35,181 nucleotides of DNA. Source: Candidatus Bathyarchaeia archaeon. GTDB lineage: Archaea; Thermoproteota; Bathyarchaeia; Bathyarchaeales; Bathycorpusculaceae. Made by a program: the position numbers and the translations under genes. Location: NCBI GenBank assembly GCA_049512935.1, contig JBEKWR010000019.1:1-35181 (forward strand), in the 5' to 3' direction. Positions 1 through 9,162 of the stretch are shown piece by piece. The notes below the pieces were generated by a model. The model had not been told where the DNA came from and made no database searches. It saw only the letters and a program-made list of their open reading frames with translations. Numbering within the stretch: the first letter of the stretch is position 1; the number at the start of each line of letters is the position of its first letter.

Positions 1-2062
1 GCCCTGGCCAGAAAATTCTGTCGCCCCAAGCAATTTCAAGAGCGGGCAGCAAAGTCAAAGATGCTGCCAGCAAAATTGCGACACCGAGAGCTATCGCGGT
101 TCCAACGTCGCTGAAGATCGGCACGTTCGCAACGGCCATTACGATGTAGGCGACAATAACTGTGATGCCTGCAGTAAGAACTGCTTGCCCCGCCCACCTG
201 AATGAGATGGCTACACTTTCATCAAGTGATTTCCCGTTCAGCCGCTCTTCTCTTGTTCTCCGAAGCTGCAGGACTGAATAGTCAACCGCCAAACCCAGCA
301 TCAACAATATAGTTAACGTTGGAGTCAGGAAAGTTAGGCTTCCGTGACCGATCTTTACAACTCCTTCGTAGATTGCGGCAAGTGCGACTGAAATCGAAAC
401 GCCTCCCAACATAACAGGAATAAGCGCCGCGAGTGGCGCCAAGAAGAGCAAGCCTACAATCAAAAGTGAAATCGCAATGCCGGGTCCTATCGTGACTTCT
501 AATGCGGGTATGAAAGCCTTGGCAACATCTTTAGTCAAAACTGAACCGCCAGTCACGTAAACTGTTCCGTAATTCTTCAGCATTGAATTTTCCACATCAG
601 ACTGCACATGAGCAATTGTGTTATCGGATGGGCTGGATGAGAAACTGAAGACAATTAACATGGTATCGTTCTGAGAGTTAACAAAGTTGCCTGTTAACGC
701 TTTGGAAAGGGCGTATGGGTAGTTTTGGTATGATTGAGTTGCAATCACGTTGTCGACGGCTCGGTTCACATCGATGCTTGTGGCGTTAGGTGAAAGCGTG
801 GATAGAAGGCTGCTCAAAGAAGCACTGTTCACGGTGAACGTCGGCGACTGCGTAAATGATGTTTGGGTAGCATTGGCGACAAGGTCGCACGTCAAATCCC
901 ATGTCTGCGATAGGCTCGGCGCTGAACCAAGCTGATAGGCAGACTGCAACAGGTCAGCAACCGAAAAACCTTCATCCGAAGCGGTCAGGTTAGAATAGCT
1001 TTTCTCTAAAAGGGTGATCGCGTAGTTTCCAAGCGTCGCGTTGGATGGGGAAGGCCCGAAACTGTAGAGTTCATCCACCACGCTCGTAGGTGAAGCGCCA
1101 AGGGCGGCTGAAAGAGATGTGGGAATGCTTGAAACCATGTTGGTAATCGTCAAGTTCTCAATTGCCGCTGCTTGATCCCAATTTGCAACGGTAAGGCCTG
1201 AAGCGACGAGACCGATCATTTGACTTGTCTGAGTATTAAGCTGTGGATTGTTTAGGAATGCCGTGACAGCCTCGCCTATGGCGTAAGATTCACGGTTAGA
1301 AACCGATGTGCTGCTGGGGAGGGTCAGGTAACTTGCGTTCCAAGCGTTGAAGAAAGCCGTGTAGTAACCAGCGGATTCCGCGTTGCCTCCGAAGTTGTCG
1401 GTAACGCTGTACATTGTGGCGTTCGCTTGCGCATTGGCGTCAAACGGGTTCGTATCACCCATGGCGACGAGTTGCTGGGATACTCCCTGCCAGACGGTTA
1501 CGAATGATGCTGGAACACCGTAAACCAGTTGGGCTGTTTGGTTGATGCCGTCCTGCAGCTGGAACAGACCAATGCTGAACGAGGACAGGTTGCCCTGCAG
1601 AGAATATAAACCCGAGTTTATCGTGACGATGTTTGGCTGAAGAAGCGCCGTTTGATTAATGATGGCAGGCAAGGACTCGTTAAGAAGAGTTGCCTCCAGC
1701 CAGTAAAGACTTTGTTCACCCGTGTAATTGCCCACGTTTAAGTCTTTGTACAAGGTTCCGTTGAGACCAAGAATGACCTGCCTCAGCGCCTGTGAATACA
1801 CCGAGGCATTCTGCACGACAACTATGATGTTGTTATCGTTGCTTTTCAAATTGGGAAATTCAGCCTGAATGATGCCGGCTGTTTTGGTCGACATCGTGTT
1901 GGATGGACCGCCGAAACCGCCTGTGATGTTGTAGGAGACAGAGGCGAAGAAACTGGGTATAAGCAAAAGCGAAAACAGAACAACCACTACCCACGCCACA
2001 ATAACCCACTTGTACCGTCTTCGAATGAAATGATTCAGAGAATCGAAAAGCGACTTCGACAT
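1..2062 (-). CDS. MMPL/RND-family transporter, 3'-truncated at window edge
   Basis: Not in the ORF track because it runs off the window. Manual translation from ATG at 2062 gives MSKSLFDSLNHFIRRRYKWVIVAW..., one N-terminal TM, a long S/T/N-rich extracellular domain, then 'YVTGGSVLTKD' and a TM bundle with 'LMLGLAVDYSVLQLRRTREE' and 'AGQAVLTAGITV', typical MMPL motifs. Confidence 0.9.
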   Translation of the reverse strand, partial: MSKSLFDSLNHFIRRRYKWVIVAWVVVVLFSLLLIPSFFASVSYNITGGFGGPSNTMSTKTAGIIQAEFPNLKSNDNNIIVVVQNASVYSQALRQVILGLNGTLYKDLNVGNYTGEQSLYWLEATLLNESLPAIINQTALLQPNIVTINSGLYSLQGNLSSFSIGLFQLQDGINQTAQLVYGVPASFVTVWQGVSQQLVAMGDTNPFDANAQANATMYSVTDNFGGNAESAGYYTAFFNAWNASYLTLPSSTSVSNRESYAIGEAVTAFLNNPQLNTQTSQMIGLVASGLTVANWDQAAAIENLTITNMVSSIPTSLSAALGASPTSVVDELYSFGPSPSNATLGNYAITLLEKSYSNLTASDEGFSVADLLQSAYQLGSAPSLSQTWDLTCDLVANATQTSFTQSPTFTVNSASLSSLLSTLSPNATSIDVNRAVDNVIATQSYQNYPYALSKALTGNFVNSQNDTMLIVFSFSSSPSDNTIAHVQSDVENSMLKNYGTVYVTGGSVLTKDVAKAFIPALEVTIGPGIAISLLIVGLLFLAPLAALIPVMLGGVSISVALAAIYEGVVKIGHGSLTFLTPTLTILLMLGLAVDYSVLQLRRTREERLNGKSLDESVAISFRWAGQAVLTAGITVIVAYIVMAVANVPIFSDVGTAIALGVAILLAASLTLLPALEIAWGDRIFWPG

Positions 2063-2328
2063 CTTACCAAGCTCTTATTGAACAAACCTTCTAAGGTCAC
2101 GTTTCAATCGTTAATTATAGCATGTGCCTTTTGCGTCGCCTTTCATAAGGATTTCCCAAAATAAGTTCCTAATCTAACGAAAAACACTGCATCTTAAAAC
2201 GGGCGAGGTTTAAAAGTAGTGGCTAATCCCTTTATGTTCTAAGCCGTTTAGTGTCGGCGATTCTGAACCAAGACTGAAAAAATTGGGTTGACAATAAGGT
2301 CAAACTGGGTTGAACTTAAGTTGGTTTC

Positions 2329-3195
2329 CTACGATGTTGCTGTGAAAAGTTGCTTCATTGTTTCTACTGTAAAGCTGTTGTCGTGGAGATACTGCATTTG
2401 CGCTGTGAATTCTTGTGGAGTGATGGCTGTGTCGACGTTTTCATAATCTATTTTGTGATAGTACAATATGACTACGCTTGAATTGTTTGCGCTATTGACA
2501 ATGTTCTCAAAATCATTAATGGTTGTGGTGTTTTCCATTGTGTAGGCAGGTAAGTCATATCTATCGAACGGCTGAGACATGTTAAGGCTTACAGGGTTTA
2601 TTCCACGCGCTGCAACGTAGTACTGCTGAGTCAAGCTTTCAACCGTAGCGTTCCCAGCCCCACCACCGTCTGGATAAACTAAAATTGGAGCATTAATCCC
2701 ATGGTCTTCTAAGTCTTGCTTGCTCTCAGCGATTTGATAAAGAATTGACGCGCTAGACAGCGTGGCTAGGTCAGGATGGCTGTATGTGTGGCTTTCTATG
2801 TCATTGCCGTGGTCTGCTAGCGTCACAATTTCATTCCACGTCATGTATGAGAGCCCTTCGCTGCTCCCCCATGATGTTCCAACGTAACTTGTTATTATTG
2901 CAAAGCTTGCCTTGTACCCGTAATAGTTCAGTATTGGAAGCGCATCGGTGTATTGGGTTTGCCAGCCATCATCGAAAACTATGCAAACAACTTTTTGTCC
3001 AGCTTGAGGAATATTTAGCTGGTACTGGTAGTTCGCCATGTCGTTAGCTTTAAGAGAAGCCGCTTGAGCCCCGGGATTTGGGGGTTGATGTAAAACGGCA
3101 GCTACAGTAATCGGCGCAAACAGCATGATTATTACGAAAGCAGCTATTTTGTAGCTTACTACTATTCTGCTGGACTTGCGTTCTTTTTCAGTCAT
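2329..3195 (-). CDS. Membrane-anchored polysaccharide deacetylase (NodB/CE4)
   Basis: N-terminal TM; motifs VFDDG, HTYSH, YPDG, ILYYH; 4-bp ATGA overlap with the upstream GT2 gene. Confidence 0.9.
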   Translation of the reverse strand: MTEKERKSSRIVVSYKIAAFVIIMLFAPITVAAVLHQPPNPGAQAASLKANDMANYQYQLNIPQAGQKVVCIVFDDGWQTQYTDALPILNYYGYKASFAIITSYVGTSWGSSEGLSYMTWNEIVTLADHGNDIESHTYSHPDLATLSSASILYQIAESKQDLEDHGINAPILVYPDGGGAGNATVESLTQQYYVAARGINPVSLNMSQPFDRYDLPAYTMENTTTINDFENIVNSANNSSVVILYYHKIDYENVDTAITPQEFTAQMQYLHDNSFTVETMKQLFTATS

Positions 3196-4490
3196 TTTTT
3201 CTTGTCACATCTTGTTACCCATCCGCCCTTCCAAGGCGTAATCCAAGCATACAGAAGTACAGTAATGCTCATGAAGAACGAAACGAAGACAAACAGCGTT
3301 CTATACAGTAATGCCCGGAAATCATATCCGAAAGACCACAGGTTCATGCCTTGAAGCAAACCGATGTATAATGTTCCAAGCAAGAACCAAACCGCACTCA
3401 ATATGTTTCCAGTTAGGGGCGTAATTATAAGCGAAGATACGATTGCGAATGGGCAGATGACGGTTAAGAATTGGTAAACGAAGAACAGTAGCGGAACCGG
3501 CATTTTCTTTTTCCAGATGAAGCGGCTTGCCAGAATGGATCCATGTATCCATGAACGACTCCACATCAGTTGCTGTTTGAAGAAATGCTTGTAAGTTTCA
3601 GGTACAAGAGTGTAGGCTATCGCGTTTGACTGGTAGATCACTTTTGCGTTGCGTGTTCCATCTTTAACTTCTCCTAGGCCTTTCCATAGAACCAGGTTGG
3701 TGAGTTGTCGGTCGTCGCCGATGTAAATGGGTCTGCCTAGGAATTTTTCGTTTAGCCAACTGTTCATCAGGGGCTCGATTGATTCTCGGCGGTAGCCTGC
3801 CAGAATTCCTGAGCAGCATGAAACTGCGCCAAGCTGGGATTCCATACCTTTTAACAGTCTGAACATGTCTTGATACCAAAAGTGCTGCAGTTTGGTGAGT
3901 AAGTTTTTGTTTATGTTTGAGGCTTTACCATGTCCGCATACGCTTACAACTTCTTTGTCTTCAAAGGGTTGAACAACAAGTTTGATAGCTTGCGTATCAA
4001 GTAAGGTGTCGCTGTCTACGCAGATAACAATCTCATTTTTCGATTCATAAAAACCCGATGCGAAAGCCGCTCGTTTCCCACGGTTTTTCTCAAAATCCAA
4101 CAGTTTTATTCTAGGCGAATTTATTGCTCTTACAGCATCCGCTGTTTTATCTGTGCTTCCATCGTTGACTACAATGATCTCCAGCTTATCTTCTGGGTAA
4201 TCGCTTTGAAGTAGTGCATTCACCGTGTCAGCTATGCCTTTCTCTTCGTTCTTTGCAGGTACAATTACCGACACCCCAGGTCTATAACCCCTGTCTGGTA
4301 TGGGCCTGTAACTCACAGTGAGCATGCTTACAATGATTAAGAAAGAAGTCATTAACACACTATATATCCAAAATAGGGAGGCAGTAAAACCGTCAATTCT
4401 TAGCAACATCAGAACTGCAAGCGAGGCCACGGTGATCGTTGTTGCCAATAAAACCTTGGATTTCGGATTTAGCGACAGCATTACCTGCAC
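3192..4490 (-). CDS. Processive GT2 glycosyltransferase, hyaluronan synthase/NodC-like
   Basis: NDGSTD, GKR, VDSDT, CCSG, GDDRQLTN, QQLMW (QxxRW position) and C-terminal WVTR; TMs at both ends. The start may be ATG 4481. Confidence 0.88.
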   Translation of the reverse strand: MQVMLSLNPKSKVLLATTITVASLAVLMLLRIDGFTASLFWIYSVLMTSFLIIVSMLTVSYRPIPDRGYRPGVSVIVPAKNEEKGIADTVNALLQSDYPEDKLEIIVVNDGSTDKTADAVRAINSPRIKLLDFEKNRGKRAAFASGFYESKNEIVICVDSDTLLDTQAIKLVVQPFEDKEVVSVCGHGKASNINKNLLTKLQHFWYQDMFRLLKGMESQLGAVSCCSGILAGYRRESIEPLMNSWLNEKFLGRPIYIGDDRQLTNLVLWKGLGEVKDGTRNAKVIYQSNAIAYTLVPETYKHFFKQQLMWSRSWIHGSILASRFIWKKKMPVPLLFFVYQFLTVICPFAIVSSLIITPLTGNILSAVWFLLGTLYIGLLQGMNLWSFGYDFRALLYRTLFVFVSFFMSITVLLYAWITPWKGGWVTRCDKKK

Positions 4491-4845
4491 CTCACCGCAG
4501 TTTGGTTTGCGTTAATTCGGGTGGTGGACAATTAAGATGAGACAGCGCTGTAAGCCCACCTCCCAGCACAAAAGCAATCCTTGACTGGTTTATTTTAAAT
4601 CCAGAGGTTTCCAAGAGAAGTTTAGACTTATGTCTTAGCGCAAGTAGCCCAATGTTCTCCAATCTAAGTATAACGACTAGTTGCATTCTCCATTTCTCCC
4701 GTTTCGTTGCTAAGTACCTGTGACCTGTCTTGATTCCTAAAACTCGGCTCAGAAAAGTCTTCGGAAACTGAAAACACAGCGATGCATAAACTAAAACGCT
4801 AAACTCTGCATCTTTATGCTTCACAAGTTAACGCTTAAACGCCAA

Positions 4846-4947
4846 CTTGGATAGGCCACACTGTTTCCCCAAAAAGCTGTGTTGTACTCCTTCGCTCACA
4901 TACTCCAAAACGCCAACCAGCAGGGAAACGCTAGTTAACCTATCAAG
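4846..4947 (-). other. Long imperfect stem-loop (candidate ncRNA or 5' leader)
   Basis: Minus-strand nested pairings CTTG/CAAG, ATAGGTTA/TGGCCTAT, ACT/AGT, GTTTCCCT/GGGGAAAC, GCTG/CAGC, GTTG/CAAC; TATA-like TTTTTATG at 4972-4965 just upstream. Confidence 0.35.
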
Positions 4948-5137
4948 CGATTGACGAAAGCGAGCATAAAAACGTTTGTTGTAGCACCTAAGCAACCACA
5001 GAAGACGCCGCTTGTCTGTCATCTCCGACATTGCGGACATGGCGATTTTCCTGAAGATTGTTCAATAAAATCACGATGATCCCCGACGGCAGCTTCCTGT
5101 TCAGCGTACAAGCGTAGACACAAAAGTCAAGCGCTGA

Positions 5138-5692
5138 TTATTTAATCCATTTTGTGATTTCTGGCTTGTTTCTTTTTCCTTTGCCCTGCGGCGTTTTTGG
5201 GTGTCCTAAGATGAAGGGTACCATCATCTGGAGGTTTTCGGGAACCCCGATTTTCTTGAGTACTTCTGGCTTGGCGTTTAACAGGTTGACGAATCCCATG
5301 TAGCATGTTCCAAGTCCCAGTTCGTAGGCTTTCAAAAACATGTTCTGGGCTGCGAGCACGCAGTCGAGCAGGTTGAGGTTTTCCCACTGTTTGTCTTTTT
5401 CTGCGCATACCAGTATTAGCATGGGTGTGTCATAGCAGATGACGTCCTGTTCAGTGTTAAACTGCTTGGCCAGCGGCGGCATGTGTTGTCTAACTAAAAT
5501 TTTGGTTTCATCCGAGACAACCTTGATCGCCTTCTTGTCTTCGATGACTATGAATTTCCAAGGCTGCCTGCTCATCCCTGTTGGCGCCCAGGTGCCCGCT
5601 TCCAAGATTGCCTCAACTTGTTCTTTTGAAACTGGTTCATCAGTAAAGCTTCTAACGCTTCTTCTACCCTTAATGCAAACATCAAGTTCCAT
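5138..5692 (-). CDS. Nitroreductase family protein
   Basis: RRSVRSF, APTGMSRQPWKF and AAQNMFLKAYELGLGTC motifs. Confidence 0.93.
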   Translation of the reverse strand: MELDVCIKGRRSVRSFTDEPVSKEQVEAILEAGTWAPTGMSRQPWKFIVIEDKKAIKVVSDETKILVRQHMPPLAKQFNTEQDVICYDTPMLILVCAEKDKQWENLNLLDCVLAAQNMFLKAYELGLGTCYMGFVNLLNAKPEVLKKIGVPENLQMMVPFILGHPKTPQGKGKRNKPEITKWIK

Positions 5693-5756
5693 AACTAAAC
5701 CCCGAAAATAACAATGAGAATTCAGATATAAACTTGCTTAGAAACGCTGAAAAATG

Positions 5757-5779
5757 TTGTGGTGCCAAAAGCTGGATTT
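5757..5779 (-). repeat. Degenerate direct repeat of the tRNA-Phe 3' end (att-like)
   Basis: ttgtggtgccaaaagctggattt vs ttgtggtgccaagggcagggttt at 7485-7507: first 12 bp exact, 19/23 overall, same orientation. Confidence 0.6.
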
Positions 5780-5882
5780 TAGACACTTCTGAACTATTAA
5801 AGGTAGGCTTAGAGGTTTAAGTCCGTTTAATTGGGAAAATGTTTTATTCTTTTATAACAGAGCAATCCATAGTGGCTGAAAA

Positions 5883-7292
5883 GTGCAAGGCATTACTCAA
5901 GAATATTTTTCAATCTTAGATAACTACTTTGGGGAATGCTTCAAAATTGCAAAAAGAGACAATTTTGTAAGAGACAGTTATTGGAAGAAAATAAATGGCG
6001 TTTATGATCCAATTACCATAAATTCATTGATGGATTCTCTCTATGAGGATTTATCCAAAATCAATTGGAGCTTTCAGGAAAACAGTATACAAAATAGCTG
6101 CGGGCTGAAAGTAGCGTATTCTGGCTCTGTTTTTGGATATTCCCAAGAAATTTCTCAGATTACTAGTTTTCTAAAAAAGACTGCATTGTACGCCGATAAT
6201 ATACTAATGAATGATAACATCTATTCAGAGCTTTGGTCTTGGAAAAAGAAAGGCCAACTTGGCTTCGAAATTTCCTTTTCCCTAATCTGCTTCAACGCAA
6301 TAGATCTCCTTTGCCTCAAAGATTTCTTCATATCTGATTCTGAAATACCAGTTTGCACATTAACGCCGCCGATGATGTGGAAGTTCAATGAAAGGCATCT
6401 GGAAACAACAATAGATGAATCGCTTTATCAATCAGAAGTAACAAAAGCAAACCAGTTCTTTGGCAAGGATTTCTCCTCTCGAAAAGAACTTCAAAAGTTT
6501 CTGGGGCAGTTTGATAATCCAAAGGATTTCTTCATCAACTCAAAGAAACCGTTTTTACTCCAAGGTCCAAATGGAAAGCCTCTTGGGGCAAAGGATTTTT
6601 TTCAAATTCGACAGAATTTTGAAACTAAATACTCCCGATCATTTACCAATACAGAAATTTATGAGTCATTGCTGAGGAGTAACCTTTCAATGGCTATATA
6701 CGATCTTACGTATAATGCTAATTTAGATTGTGCATTTGGTACCGATTACAGAGGCGTTTGGAATAGTTTGAATTGGATTATGAAAAATACCTGCATTTTA
6801 CCCTCATCGACTAAAAAAATAGCATCTAAGGATTCGGCAGTTTTGCATGCGATTCAAGAAGATGAGTTCAAATGGTTAGGTAACGTCCCACTAGATAGAA
6901 TTAAAGAAATCAGAGAAAGAGGAGAGTTGCGAGAACTTAGAGATGTTCTTGCAGAGAATATAGAGACTGTGGAAGAAGCAGAGGACACGGAATTCTCAGA
7001 GGTAAGCTTGCAAGTTCGGTACAACCTAACAAATGCTTTTAAAAGACATAGTGCCGAAATCCAAGATTTGAACAGGCTATATAGGGATAAGTTTAAGCTT
7101 TCAACTTCATCTATAGTTGTTTCAGGTGCACTTGGAATATCAGCTTTTCTTTATCCACCCCTTGCTATCGTTGCAACTATTGTTGGAGGGGCTTCATTAA
7201 ACAGCATACGAGAGAACTTCTTTGAAAAAAGGGAAAAAATGAAAGAACTGCGGAGAAAACCCGTGGCTATGCTATTTGATGCGCATGCCTAG
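5883..7292 (+). CDS. Low-GC hypothetical protein with C-terminal hydrophobic segment (possibly DUF6236-like)
   Basis: 469-aa ORF, visibly AT-rich; 'FLKKTALYADNILM', 'NVPLDRIKEIRE', and a C-terminal Gly/Ala-rich hydrophobic stretch. The family call is from recollection only. Confidence 0.8.
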   Translation: MQGITQEYFSILDNYFGECFKIAKRDNFVRDSYWKKINGVYDPITINSLMDSLYEDLSKINWSFQENSIQNSCGLKVAYSGSVFGYSQEISQITSFLKKTALYADNILMNDNIYSELWSWKKKGQLGFEISFSLICFNAIDLLCLKDFFISDSEIPVCTLTPPMMWKFNERHLETTIDESLYQSEVTKANQFFGKDFSSRKELQKFLGQFDNPKDFFINSKKPFLLQGPNGKPLGAKDFFQIRQNFETKYSRSFTNTEIYESLLRSNLSMAIYDLTYNANLDCAFGTDYRGVWNSLNWIMKNTCILPSSTKKIASKDSAVLHAIQEDEFKWLGNVPLDRIKEIRERGELRELRDVLAENIETVEEAEDTEFSEVSLQVRYNLTNAFKRHSAEIQDLNRLYRDKFKLSTSSIVVSGALGISAFLYPPLAIVATIVGGASLNSIRENFFEKREKMKELRRKPVAMLFDAHA

Positions 7293-7487
7293 AAGGCAAT
7301 TGGTTAAATGTAATCAGCAGAGAATTCTGAATCTTTTTGTCGTTTTCGGGTTAAGCGGGTATCATACAGAGCAAATCATTGAAAATAGAACCGTAAATTC
7401 AAAAAAAAAGTTAAACATAACGATTATCCTGAATTTCGAAAAACCTTCCTCTTAGCAAAGGTTCTCTTTTAACGAAATAGCAATTTG

Positions 7488-7594
7488 TGGTGCCAAGGGC
7501 AGGGTTTGAACCTGCGACGACTCGGTCTTCAGCTTCGCCCTCAGCTACCAGATGTAACTGGGTCGAGCGCTCTCCCAGGCTGAGCTACCTTGGC
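7488..7594 (-). tRNA. tRNA-Phe(GAA) with a 30-nt intron at position 30/31 (intron 7534-7563)
   Basis: GCCAAGG/CCTTGGC acceptor stem, encoded CCA, GCTC/GAGC D-stem, GCAGG-TTCAAAC-CCTGC T-arm. Removing the intron gives CTCGG-CTGAAGA-CCGAG, and a BHB motif forms at the junctions. Confidence 0.95.
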
Positions 7595-7894
7595 ATTTTC
7601 TAAAGCGGTTTTAGATAAGTTCCTGAGAGGCTATTAAGTTTTTGTCACGGATACTTATTTACGTTTTTGTGGGACACATGGTTGGCTGCCATGGTCAAAA
7701 CGAAACGGTCGGGTTCTTGGTAAAAAAAGGTTGCCTTTAAGGAATGAAGTTTATGAAATGCATCAAAACGTAGCCAATAAGACCGCTTGCCAAGAAACAA
7801 GCGAAGATCAAGGTTCCCTCGTGGGTTTCAACGAAATCATCCAGTTTTGCTTTCAAGTTTTCGGCACCTCTTTATTGTTTGCTTTTCTAAGGGG

Positions 7895-7908
7895 AAAGGT
7901 TTTATGAA
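7895..7908 (+). promoter_or_regulatory. BRE/TATA promoter of tRNA-Val
   Basis: aaaggtTTTATGAA about 40 bp upstream of the mature tRNA 5' end. Confidence 0.55.
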
Positions 7909-7947
7909 GGGAGAATACGTAGTTTGAATTCAGCAGCTATCCGTATT

Positions 7948-8024
7948 GGGCCGTTAGTCTAGCTGGCTAGGACGTCGCCCTCACGCGGCGAAGATCACCG
8001 GTTCAAATCCGGTACGGCCCACCA
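7948..8024 (+). tRNA. tRNA-Val(CAC)
   Basis: GGGCCGT/ACGGCCC acceptor stem, TCGCC-CTCACGC-GGCGA anticodon arm, ACCGG-TTCAAAT-CCGGT T-arm, encoded CCA, no intron. Confidence 0.97.
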
Positions 8025-8137
8025 ATCCCTTGCTTCTCCCGACAAAACGATGAACAACCCGTCTAATAAGGAATCGCCTTTTTGTTAAATCTGGCATTGA
8101 TGCGGTTAACTGGTTTGCCAACGAGGAGCCTGCTTGA

Positions 8138-8305
8138 CGGCAACTTCCCAACGCGAGATATGCACAAAAATCCCAATTACTACCCTCGGAACGGGAAAAT
8201 TACAACACAGCCTTCATTTTAGCAGCAATAATAGAAGTCATCTTCATAGCCCTTTTCGTAATAACAATGTTTTACGGCATAAACCACACACATCCAGAAC
8301 ATTGA
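8138..8305 (+). pseudogene. Possible C-terminal remnant of a membrane protein
   Basis: A start-less frame reads ...ERENYNTAFILAAIIEVIFIALFVITMFYGINHTHPEH*, a clean TM helix with a His-rich tail, preceded by an in-frame TGA at 8135. Confidence 0.35.
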
Positions 8306-8464
8306 AACCGACCGCAACCACGCATTTTCTTGGCAGGAACTCGCTAAAAAAGCGGGTGCAACGGACGAAAATGTTGCTGTTAAAAGTTCAAATCACAAAT
8401 TTTTTAAAGCAGTTCAACTGTCAATGCCTTACGTAAACACAGCTTTTTTCGGGAGGTGTAATTT

Positions 8465-8665
8465 ATGCCTGAAACATCAATCAACATAACTGAGAAACTT
8501 CAGAAGATCGGTCAAACGGTTCAAGACTACAGGGAGGCCGTTATGAACCAATTCAAGGACATGGAAGTTGAAGTGAAAGACTGGAACTTTTCAGTTGGAA
8601 AAGCTGAAAAAGAATACACAGTTGAAGTCAACCTTAAGCTTGGCATTCGGCCAAAAAAAGCTTAA
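8465..8665 (+). CDS. Small hypothetical protein (66 aa)
   Basis: Strong SD (GGAGGTG), protein-like composition, T-rich tract downstream at ~8691-8703. Confidence 0.8.
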   Translation: MPETSINITEKLQKIGQTVQDYREAVMNQFKDMEVEVKDWNFSVGKAEKEYTVEVNLKLGIRPKKA

Positions 8666-8844
8666 ACACGAAAGTTCACTTTAACCCTACCCCTTTTCTT
8701 TTAGAAACAAATCTTTTCGCCTAAGGCATTACTGTCTTGATCAAATTTTAGACATTATTTCGATTTTGCCGCTTCGCAATTTCTCAACCAAAACAGATAA
8801 AAACTCGACTTGCATCCATCAAGGCTACTGGTAGAGGAACACGT

Positions 8845-9045
8845 ATGCCTACTGAAATTACTGATGTCGATAAGTTTGTGGCTCTGAGCGCGAAGGCAAA
8901 GTACTGCTCAGTTCAAAGACTCAAAGAAAACGTTAAACTGAAGCTGCGCACCCCCAGTCAACTTTACACGCTAAAAATCGAGCCCCTAAGAGTCGAGGAA
9001 ATCTTAAAGAAACTCCAATGCGAAATCCACGAGAAAGAAAAGTAA
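8845..9045 (+). CDS. rpl38e: 50S ribosomal protein eL38 (L38e)
   Basis: MPxEIxDxxxF...VKLKLRTPSQLYTL parallels the eL38 signature (MP..I..IKDF...VKFKVRCSRYLYTL); 66 aa. Confidence 0.85.
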   Translation: MPTEITDVDKFVALSAKAKYCSVQRLKENVKLKLRTPSQLYTLKIEPLRVEEILKKLQCEIHEKEK

Positions 9046-9131
9046 AACGGCTTACCGTTAACTGGTCATTTTTCCATTTTTAACCTCGCTAAAGGGTAAA
9101 ACACCAGTTTTCACCCTTCAAAATCCTTCTC

Positions 9132-9162
9132 GTATACAAAAGCATCACCAAAACCCAATTTT
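9132..9162 (+). repeat. Dispersed repeat copy 1
   Basis: gtatacaaaagcatcaccaaaacccaatttt. Confidence 0.85.

Noticed and set aside
750-935. 61-aa plus-strand ORF
   Set aside because: Antisense shadow of the MMPL gene.
4492-5040. 110-aa and 70-aa minus-strand ORFs upstream of the GT2 gene
   Set aside because: No motifs, atypical composition, and they overlap promoter-like and hairpin sequence.
5101-5137. TCAGCG...CGCTGA inverted repeat after the nitroreductase stop
   Set aside because: Only a 6-bp stem with a large loop; cannot be supported as a terminator.
6085-6094. GTATACAAAA match to the dispersed repeat
   Set aside because: Only 10 bp, inside an AT-rich CDS, with no GCATC core; probably chance.
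8134-8436. 100-aa ORF
   Set aside because: Non-protein-like composition; a different frame looks more coding.
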